Assembly: GCF_964355755.1 (NCBI RefSeq)
Contig: NC_092679.1
Coordinates: forward strand, 3,130,201-3,194,200
Reading direction: 5' to 3'
Length of the DNA: 64,000 bases
From: Antedon mediterranea
Lineage: Eukaryota; Animalia; Echinodermata
Positions 49,001 through 59,170 of this stretch are shown in pieces. The position numbers were made by a program, and so were the translations under genes. A model generated the notes under the pieces. That model saw nothing but the letters and a program-made list of their open reading frames with translations. It ran no database searches and was not told where the DNA came from. Every line of letters starts with the position of its first letter. The first letter of the stretch is position 1.

Positions 49001-52000
49001 GCTCCCCGATTCATCGCAGTCAAATCGGCAAAGTTCAACCATGTTCAACTTTGCCGATTTTGTCGGTGATGAATCGTATACGCATACCAAAGAATATTTA
49101 GCGCTGGCATACTAGATCCCCAATAAATTCTAGCGTTTCCATAAAATCGCTACACTCTGTCGTGTAGCGATTTTATTGAAACCAGGCTTATTAAATGTAC
49201 TAAAATGTTTTTTATAAGGTATTAAAATGGCTCAAACTTTTGACTAAACCACTTTCCTTACACATCAGATTGTATTGTATCTACAGTATTGTGGGAATGA
49301 ACAGAATTAAGTGCAAAGGTTCACTAAGGCGCAGGATTGGTCCATAGTATAATTGTTCTATACACAATCAACTGTCCCTGACCTAAAAGTTCTAGATTTC
49401 AACCTTATATATTTTTGTTTGTTTTAATAAATCTGCTGTTATGTAACTATTTCATATCTGTTAATAATCTTTTACAAATGAAGGGTTATGCACTATTAAA
49501 TGTACTAAGGTGTTTTTTCATAAGGTATTGAAATGGTTTTTTTTTACTTAACCACTTTCATTGCATATCAGATTGTATTGTATATCTATTGTGAAAATGT
49601 AGCACAGAATTGAGTGCAAAGGCTTGGATCCTTCAATTTGGGATATACAGGACTTTCTATACACAATCAACTACTGTATCCTTGACCTAAAAGTTATGGA
49701 TTTCAACCTTTAACTAATGGATAACTACAGTATATACAAATATTGTCATAAAAGATAGTCCTTGTATATTAGTTATATAAAGAAACCTGTGCCCTGGTTT
49801 AATTTCTGGTATATATATATATATATATACATATAAAATGTTGCAAAATTAATGCTGTGTATTGTTAAGGGATAAGCATTATTGAACACTAGTGGTTTAC
49901 TCTATCTTAAGGTATGATACATATTCAGAAATTAAATCAGTATTTTTATAGACAAATTTCAGTAAGGAAATTTAAAGATCTGTTGTCATCGAGGGATATC
50001 TTACTGGAGAAGAAAAGACAAATCTCTACGACGTCAAACAAGGTAGGAACTACTTTTTATTTCCAAACTTTCATTTTGTTTGTTTATGTGCTCAAAAAGG
50101 AAGAGCAAATCACAATATTCACATTACATTTTCAAAACATTTGATAAGATTTATTAAATATACTGTACAATACACATCTACTAGAAATACAAACTATATA
50201 AAGCTCTGTCTACAACATTATGATGTGCACATATATGGACACGATGCTCATATCACTACCATATTTGGGGATATCACTACCATATTTGGGCACATCAAAC
50301 TAGTTTGATAGTGTGGACAGAGCTTAACAATTCAAGAGTAAAGAGAAAAATTATCTGCATTTTCTACAATACATTAATTAAGACGTTGTTCTACAAAAGG
50401 AGAAACATAATTTAAAATGAAATTTAAATTTACCTGAGATGAAATATGAACTGTTATGTAATGCTCTCTTTCCGCACCATCCACTGTCTTTAACTTAACT
50501 TTTTTAAATGATTCATCAATTTCAACAACTCTGAAACAATTTGAGTACAAGAAAATTTTCCAAAAAATCAGTTAAAACGATTAAATTAAAATCAAAATGT
50601 TTTTAACTTTTGATTTGACTTACTTATCCCATTTTACAATTGCAATTTCTTGAATGAGTTTTTCATACAAATAAGGTGCTGTGTTTAATGCTTTTAATTC
50701 CTTATTCTGTTTAACAGCCAAGTACTGAAAAAAAATCCAGTATTATTATTATTGTGTAAGTGTTGTAAGCTCTGTCTACACTATATTAAACTAGTTTGAC
50801 AAAAAGTGTGATGTGCCTAAGGCCCTAAATATGGTAGTGATATGTCCAAATATGGTAGTGTTTTATTTGCTCTGGACGCACCTTCATTCAAGAAGTGTGC
50901 CACTGTTTCAAAAGTGTAGCTTCCAACTAAATTGTTATTATTATTATGACATCATCATGTCCATATATGGGCACATCACATTTAGTGTAGACAGAGCCTT
51001 ACTTTCATTGGCTATTAAAGTTTCAGATTTTTGTACACTGCATGCTTTAAAAATAATGAAAGTATACTCTTAATTATTTACTTTGTCCATCATAATCCCC
51101 ACCACCATTTTCAATTTCAAATTCTTTTGATTTCGGAAATATCATTCATATTAATAAACTTAAACAGAAAACTTAAGTATATTGAATGCTTCTCCATCTA
51201 CAATATATTTTGGAGTTATGGAGTATATGTTTGCAAACACAAGCAACAAGGATGTTACCACTATTCAACACATGAAACTATAGGTAGATTTTCGCATGTA
51301 CTCATTAAAGGAAGGAACACCATGTTCAATAAACATGCACTGGCACTACTACTTCTAGAGACATTAAGTATACGGCGCAGAGCATTATTGTAGCATACAA
51401 AGAGATCTAATGGTCTTCATACGATAGTTACACCAAAGGGCTGCACAATATATATTTAAATACAGTAAGATCTAAAGAGACAACATTTATCATTGGTAGA
51501 GCATTTCATAAATTTGCGATTGAGTGAGTTGCTTCTAATACACAAAGATCTGTACTGACTTGTGTCGTCCTCATCACTGCAATCACACATAAGAATTTTG
51601 AGATTGGCGGCACCTTAAAGTATGAATAAGCTCGTTAATGCTCTTTAGTTTTATTTTTTTTTATTTTATATATATTTGTCCTCAAGCTTAACTGGAAACT
51701 GAGGAAATTCGGATTAGGCCCTCCACGGACCCACAGCAGCCAGCAGTGCAGCGCCTACCATATCAGCACACCGGGAGACGATCCCCTACTCTTTCCGAAT
51801 AGTGTACCAAGTTCTTTAACGTGCACTGTTAAGTACACGGGACCAACGGCTTTACATCCCATCCGAAGGATGAGGCAATGAGAATAAAGCATCTTGCCTA
51901 AGGATGCAATTAGTATGGTACAGATAACCTCGAACCCATGCCTATCACATGCTAGTCCGATGTTACCATTACACCATCACTCTCCAGTATATACAGCACC

Positions 52001-53060
52001 CGACACGATTTCTGGACGGTCTCCCATCCAGAACGCAACCGGGCCCAACGTTGCTTAACTTCGATGATCTGACGGGAAGCGGTGTTTCCCCGCAGTATGG
52101 CGGCACCTTAAAGTATGAATAAACTCGTTAATGCTCTTTAGTTAATTAGTTTATTGCACAAATGGTTTGCATGTATTGTACTTGGTAAATTGTTGTTGAC
52201 AATCCAAACAATTGTAAATATCCTGTCATAAAAAAGTAAATTCGGTACACCAACCACAATGCTTTTCAATTCTTCTAGAAACGTTGGAATACTTGAACAT
52301 TGTTGTAGTCGTGTTTTAATTATTTGAAGATATCCTCGTAAAATGTTCATTAAGTTGACATCACAATGAATTCTGCAAGGACAAATTATAGTTTATTTTT
52401 TTATGGTTGTTGATCCATTGATTTCTATTATCTTCCATGGTTGATCAGTTATATTTATCGACCATGGCACATTTTCAGAAATTCCATAATACTTCCATTG
52501 TTGATCAGTTATATTTTTTGACCATGGCACATTTCTGTCGAATTTTGTGCCAAAAACAGAAATTTTATGAATGGAGATACATAATTTGAATTTAGGATTT
52601 TATATTAATAAATGAAAATGTTTTCTTGTTGCCATGCCTACCTACAAAACGTGAGGTCTCTATTTGCTGGTAACTCTATTTTCAGATGAAACTCTTGGCC
52701 CTGTAAGTAGAGGGTAATGACAGTCACAATAATATAATATGCCTAGGGCCTAGACTATAGTAGGCCTACTAGGATAAGTTTAATAATATATTAATTATTA
52801 TAAAAAAGTAGTTTAGTATAGACTTTAGTAGTTTAGTAAATAACAGTATACTAATAATAAGGTAGGCCTATCATAATATTATTATTAATAATAGCCCTGG
52901 CCCCTCCCCTGCCCTGCTGGGCCGGCCTGTTTGTATATCATTATCTGACTGGTGGTGGGCTGCTTACTAAAGATTCTATAAATCCATCGTAAATTGTTCT
53001 TTCCTTATTTTGAGGAATCAGAAGTTGACAAATATTCATCGAATTTGTATCTTCCGCCAT
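46094..53060 (-). CDS. FANCL: E3 ubiquitin-protein ligase FANCL, about 377 aa, 10 coding exons
   Basis: Exons 53060-52968, 52700-52642, 52372-52255, 50724-50624, 50530-50434, 48493-48425, 47967-47817, 47451-47240, 46948-46832 (GC donor), 46210-46094 (TAA). Peptides LLIPQNKERTIYDGFI, DEIDRSTWVLEPENP, RRIALGNN, HPTHLPECRFLGAD and RING ECSICY..C..C.KPFHQACLYEWLRSL..GECPYC. Confidence 0.95.
47505..47797 (-). mobile_element. tRNA-derived Deu-domain SINE, near full-length copy
   Basis: Same head, core and tail as 6050-6424. Confidence 0.8.
48910..49188. mobile_element. Harbinger-like MITE
   Basis: TIR AGCCTGGTTTCCATAAAATCGCTACAC, 3-bp TSD TAT. Confidence 0.8.
50202..50324. mobile_element. PIF/Harbinger MITE family A copy
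   Basis: TAA target duplication on both sides, same TIRs. Confidence 0.85.
51651..52104 (-). mobile_element. Composite SINE: 5S rRNA-derived head + tRNA-like segment + Deu domain + A-rich tail
   Basis: Minus strand GCCGCCATACTGCGGGGAAACACCGCTTCCCGTCAGATCATCGAAGTTAAGCAACGTTGGGCCCGGTT..GGATGGGAGACCG..CGGGTGCTGTA (5S-like), then TGGTGTAATGG..GGGTTCGAG, then a Deu-like core. Flanked by 46-bp direct repeats. Confidence 0.85.
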
Positions 53061-53555
53061 ACTACTAAGGCCTAGGCCTACTCCTTCTTGCCCTGTAGAT
53101 CGGGAGCTGAGAGGCCTAACTGTTGTTTTTGTTTTATCGCCACTTCTTAGCTCCGCCCCCTCAAAGCACGTGTCTTTGATGGCGCACTTCAAAAAATGAA
53201 TTTTGTTCACTCATGCGTGAGAGTGTAATCATTCATAAAGAACTACAACAAAAACTGTCATCATCAAATTGTTTTGTCGGCACCACCTGAAGAGATAATC
53301 AGTGTCAATCTGTAATCCTCTATATTGTATCTACATCTGAACTTTTATATCTAAAGTTTAGACTTATTTACTATAGATTTGAGAAAGTGATATCTGGTTT
53401 AAAACCAAGTATACTTTCTAGGCCTAGCCGCTAGCGCACTCTTTTTGAAGAACTGTACTCTCTGTGGTCACACTGACTTAAAAACAAAACCACAAACAAA
53501 ACCACACACAGCGGATCAGAGCAGACGATCATCAATTTTCTTTACTCAAGTAAGT
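53061..53555. promoter_or_regulatory. Putative bidirectional promoter FANCL/GCH1
   Basis: GC box CTCCGCCCC (~53151), E-box CACGTG (~53167) and GATGGCG (~53178) just upstream of the FANCL ATG. Plus-strand donor-like CAA|GTAAGT at 53549/53550 fits a GCH1 5' UTR exon. Confidence 0.55.
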
Positions 53556-53884
53556 ATAATGTATCTTCTTGTATTTGTGAATCAGCAGTGTTTTCTGCAT
53601 CATTACAATTCGTTTTATTTGTTAATGTTGATGGTATAAAAATGTAATGTTAACTTCTTTATTCTTAGATAGTATCTAGTTCTTCTACACTAGCTATAAC
53701 AAGGTGTAGTATGAATATATGAAAAGAGTGGTTTTAAACCATTTTAGGAATTATTTAGTTTAAAAAACTATACAACACATATTATGGGTCAACTATAAAC
53801 ATTTTACCTGGAAGTGTAGTAATAATTTCAAACGGATGATTCTAGTAAAGTTTTCTTGACAGTTATTTATGGAAATAGTAAAGA

Positions 53885-54406
53885 AACTAGAAAAGGCTGG
53901 AAAAATATAAATCACGCGAAAAAAGTACGTTTTCAATACTACGTGCGCACCGCACACGTAAAAATGTGCGCACGCGTGGGAATTTTTGACATGCTTAAAA
54001 CGACATGAAACGCGTAGAAAGTTGATTATAAATTAATTTTGCGCATTTTGAAATTTTAAATGCGCGTGCGCGCGTAACTTTGTGTAAAACACGCAATTTT
54101 TTTTCAACAGTAAGTTAGTGCATGATATAAATTAAACTTTTGCAAAGTTTCAAGTTGAAATGTTATTTGGTTGTCGAGCTATGTTAAATACGACAAAATC
54201 GTTAAATCGCGCGTAAGTCACGTTGCGCAATTGTAAACGTCATGAAAAGCTTCGCTTGACGACGTTACGTAAATGTCAATATGTTAAGATAGTAACCGAA
54301 ATGTTATGTTTGCGAGTTTTAGAGAAAAGCGTTACACAAAAATCATACAGAATGATTTCGTACAATCACAAGAGGTTATCCTGCAACTTCGTTGCGGATA
54401 ACCAAT
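53885..54406 (+). mobile_element. Helentron/HINE-like element related to 41557-42994
   Basis: AACTAG start, similar GCGCGT-rich core, terminal AAGAGGTTATCCTGCAAC-TTC-GTTGCGGATAACCAAT hairpin. Confidence 0.6.
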
Positions 54407-54536
54407 TAGTAATGTAGTTTAGCATGGTGTTTATGTGGAATTATTAATAAGTTTATGAATTATTAAAGTAATATATTTTTCCAAAAGACTGGATATTATG
54501 AGCCAACAATTTCAAACTTCTGTACTACTACAGTAA

Positions 54537-54719
54537 AGCTCTGTTCACACTATCAAATTTGATGTTACAAAAAAATGTGATGTGCCCATATATGGACATG
54601 ATGATGTCATATCACTACCATATGTGGGCATATTACTACCATATTTGGCCAGATCACTACCATATTTGGGCAGATCACACTTTTTTTGTAACATATAGTT
54701 TGATAGTGTAGACAGAGCT
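54537..54719. mobile_element. PIF/Harbinger MITE family A, long copy with expanded internal 21-bp repeats
   Basis: TAA TSD; three tandem ATCACTACCATATTTGG-type units. Confidence 0.88.
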
Positions 54720-55276
54720 TAAAAACCCTATTTATAAAGTTTCAGGGACCTAAAAAGTTCTATACAAACTTTTAATGGTAGTTAATTACCATCAATATTG
54801 ACAAAGGCTTGATGCATTATAGTTAGTTCACCATGTGTTTCAAGCGACTGAGACAATGTGATGGAAAATGTATGCTAATTCTTGTAAAACTATTTATCAA
54901 TTATGCATATTTTATTATTAATTAATTAATCCAAGCTGTTGCATTCTCAAGCAAATTTGGTACAGAATCTGTACCCATTTTTAGAAAATTGTGTTTCATC
55001 TTTTTTTTTCAAATCTGTTATTTCAATTTTTAACATTTTGTGAAAATAATGCATTTCTTGCTTGCATCATCACAGTTAACGATACGATAAATGTAATCAA
55101 CGCGCAATGCATGCTCGTATTTTTAATAAAGCAAGTTTAATACCATCATGAACTTTTACCAACAGCTCCTACAAAAATTAAGGCTACTTATGTGACATCA
55201 GTACTGTATTAATAATTATTATTTTTTATAAATAAGTAACTGAAGCCTAGACAGATGTATTGCACTTGTTAAATAG

Positions 55277-55703
55277 TAACATATACCTGGATAAACCGAC
55301 AATAGCCCTTACTCTCCAGAGGGAGGCTTAGATACAAAATGTTAAAGTTCCTAGAATACACCTGGACCATATGGACTAGTCCACACCCTCATGTGGGAAC
55401 GTTCCTTCCAATGTACCACAGTCATCATAACATACACCTAGATAAACAGAAAATAGCCGGTACTCTCCAGAGGGAGGCTTTGATACAAAAAGTTAAAGTT
55501 CTTAGAATACACCTGGACCATAATGGACTAGTCTGCAACCACACCCTCATGTGGGAACGTTCCTTCCAATGTACCACAGTCATAACATATACCTACATAA
55601 ACAGAAAATAGCCTGTACTCTCCAGAGGGAGGCTCAGATACGAAAAGTTAAGTTCCTAGAATACATCTGGACCATAATGGACTAGTCCGCAACCGCACCC
55701 TCA
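55277..55703. repeat. ~150-155-bp tandem repeat, about 2.8 copies
   Basis: Units starting TAACATA(T/C)ACCT at ~55277, ~55427, ~55583, each with TACTCTCCAGAGGGAGGCT and GGACTAGTC. Confidence 0.9.
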
Positions 55704-58700
55704 TTTTGACATCGACAAAGAAACAAAGTTGATATGATTAAAATATGATTGTTTAAAGGTCAATTTTAATTTTACAGGGTTAATAATAAATTATTTGTTT
55801 TTACCGACTAATAAATGGTGATCATCTGTTTTTGATGAGAATCAGTAAGCTTTCAATATGTTTACCCATATTTCATTTTAAATCTACCGTACCAGTAAAA
55901 ATGATAGAGATGTAGATTGTAAAAATTTATTGTTAAACAAGTTTTGTTTTTATATCTAAGCCCTGAGGAAGATAAGGTAAGATGGGCTCACGGAAGTCGG
56001 CCTCATAGAGGTCGGCCAGAAGGAGCGAAAAGGGCTTGGTGAAAACGGAAAGAAAGAGAGAGGCGCCCTAAACGTGTACCAGCAAATTCCATTTCAATGA
56101 TTATTTTATTTACAACCTTGCTTTAATTACTGTATTTATTAAATCTGAAGTTTGATTTTTAGACATTTATTACTATTATTAGCAGATATAAAATCTTGTT
56201 ACCTGCAGCCTCACTTATTATTATTATTATTATTTGTATTTAGTGAGTGGCCGAGCGGGTAACCGTAATTACGTAGCCTTAACATCGGCAAGGGTCCGAA
56301 GCTCACTCGCTCCATGGTTTTGGTGCAACAAGTCTTCTCAGTAATACATATCTTATTTTCTTCAATCAAGCACTATTATTTGTAATAAAAATAATAATAA
56401 AAACCCTTTTGCCTAGTCTTTGAGAGATCCCCATTCAGATCCATCGCCATCACGACCCACCAACTTCCTAAGTTTCTGTTACTGCTGCATATCGCCGAAT
56501 AAACCGTTTATTTCAAAATATATATTTTTTTAAATGTTATATTGATTGCAATAATAACCGTTTAAATCAGTCGGTGGTCATTGACAAAAATTGTTAGAAT
56601 TACCCAAAATACAATTGGTCCTGTTGGTTAATTCAAACGTTACTGCAGTGTAGTTGACTTTAGGTCTGCAGCTGTCAATCACCGTTATTTTATATTGTGC
56701 ACAGCTAAAAGTTGTCGAGCAATAACCGATTAAATGGCGTTCTAACACTGAATTGAATGGGTGTTTTTAACCGTTATTTTTGTGCTGCAACCAGTTTCTA
56801 AAAAATTGTCCTGTTTCTGCTCCCAAGAAATCGGGGTTAAATTATTCACACTATTTTTAACTGGTTATTTTTATGCAGCAGAAACTGGACCTGGCTATAT
56901 ACGGTAACTGTAGCTAAAACTGCTAGTATTTGTCCTATATGTTCTATTTGATTTCACCTTTTCGTAATTAATGTTTGTTTATCCGTATATTGAGGACGAT
57001 TGTGACGTCAGTGAAATAGATTAACTGAACTATTGGAAATAATAGAAACCATTTGTCAATTTTTACAACTATGTATTCATTACTATTTTGCGAAATTATA
57101 CATGTTTTTCAACAAATTGTTAACTCAAAATTATGAATCGGCGTTTGATTTAATATGTTTTTACTTTTTTAGTTTTTTTTTAATACTTACTAATTCATGC
57201 GCGTGTTTTTGTGAGTTTACTGATTTACTGACACAAATATTAATAATATTTTTAATAATTCAATTCAAAGTGACAGTTATTTACTTAAAATATATAGTTA
57301 AACAAGATGAAGATAAAAAAATAAACAATAACAGTTGAAGAAGGCATACACAAAAAAAGCAGAATGCTTGTGGTAGACATGCCAAAGACAAAGATGAAAT
57401 TTAAACAGACAGATAACAAAGAAACTTAGAAAAAAAATGTAAAACTATCAAATACATAACGTAGGTAAACAGTCGTCTTCTGAAGTTTAAAATAGATAAT
57501 AATAAGAGGCATGGCATAATATAATAAAAATTATTATTTGGATATAATATACCTTTTAAGTTTGACAGAAAAAGTTATTTATATACCGCAGAATGCAAGG
57601 CGCCTCTAATTATCGGCTATAGTCCGTAACTTGTTTGTGAAATGTACAAATTTATGATGATGAATATTATTGATGTGTACTAACAAAGATACCCGCCCCA
57701 GGGAAGGTTTGCAGTTGAAGACCTTAAAACTCAGGTACAGGCATGAATTTTAAATATAATATTTGGTTAATTGTACATAAATCAAATATTTGTAACAGAA
57801 ATCAAGACGAAAAAACATGAATTTCTCTTAATATGGCCAAATACAAAATTTTGCAAAATTCTTCCATAAAAACCAGGAAGACCTTTTTTCAGTAGTTAGG
57901 TAGTTAACCTAATGTAATAACATGTCTTGTGACTCCCTAGAAGGTGAAAAAAGATGGTGGATATACGGCGGATAATTTTTGCTATAGCATGAAAATAAAA
58001 ATTTGAAGTTGAATAAAAATTCCAGAAATGTAATATTCAAGTTATATTACCTATACTTAGTCATCTGATAAAATTTTTTACCACACTGTTTACTTTTCGT
58101 AGCTTTTTAAAATGCCTCTCTATTTACAAAATTTGTGTACAAAAGAATAGAGATTTTACTGTGTAATTTGAACTATCCCCCCCCCCCCCCCCCACTGATA
58201 AGAAAGTGCTTATTTTCAACAAGCTCGTGTAACACAAATAAAATCCCAAAAATTATGAAACATAGGGGAAACTATAGATCGATAATTATTGGAATGTATG
58301 ATCAATAGAAATTTTTTGCCCGCACCTGGCCTTTCCAATTCCAATTGACATGATGATAACCCTTAAATAGATGACCAGAAACACTTTTACTAGCTCTTTA
58401 AAAAAAATTTAATTGTACTTTAATGACTTTGATAACAATGACATTGTTATTAAAGTCATTAATTCATTAAAACTTGTTTGAATATAAAATTAATGGTAAA
58501 GTTGATAAATACCAAACACAATGCTTTTAAAATCTCTGCATACCTGTGGATTGTTAAAGTCGCTTTTTTATTATTTGAAGAGATAAATTTATTTCTATTC
58601 GTTAACAATGAATTCTGCAAGTTAAGTTCAACTTGCAGTTTATTTTTGGTTGATTGGTCAGCAATAAAGCTTTTTTGTCCATTTTTTCCAGTATACCTAG

Positions 58701-59170
58701 TCCAATTTCATATATAGTTAGTGATGCATACATTTTAATTGGCTGTATTAAAAGCCGACCTATACAGGACGTTACAGTACACTTGGTCTCTATTTGGTGG
58801 TAACTCAGATGAAACTGTTTGTTCTGGTAAATATATTAGAGATAACACCAAATCCAAAGAGGTCCTTCTGAACCTCCATTCCAGGTGCTAATGCTTGGTT
58901 CCCACTAGAGATGCAACACAACGACGTAACACAACGTAAAGGATTTGATTATGCAAACGGTCGCTTGCCATTGCATCTACGTTCTTACGTTGCGTCCAAT
59001 TGGGAACCAAGCTAGTAGTCATGGGTTAGGATCTTTTTTGAACGGGTTAAATTATCAAAATATTGTAATTTTTACCCCAAAAATGTGTAGTTTGGAACTT
59101 TAAAATAGTAATAATACGTCTTTAAATATATATTTTGTTGTTGTACCAACAGATTTATAAGACACAAGTA

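Noticed and set aside
51985-52104. 5S rRNA gene
   Set aside because: Diverged from the 5S consensus, lacks the oligo-T terminator and is fused to SINE body sequence; treated as a SINE head.
58420-58462. 43-bp palindrome flanked by TTAA
   Set aside because: Real hairpin but single-copy in the window and AT-rich; cannot be assigned to an element or RNA.
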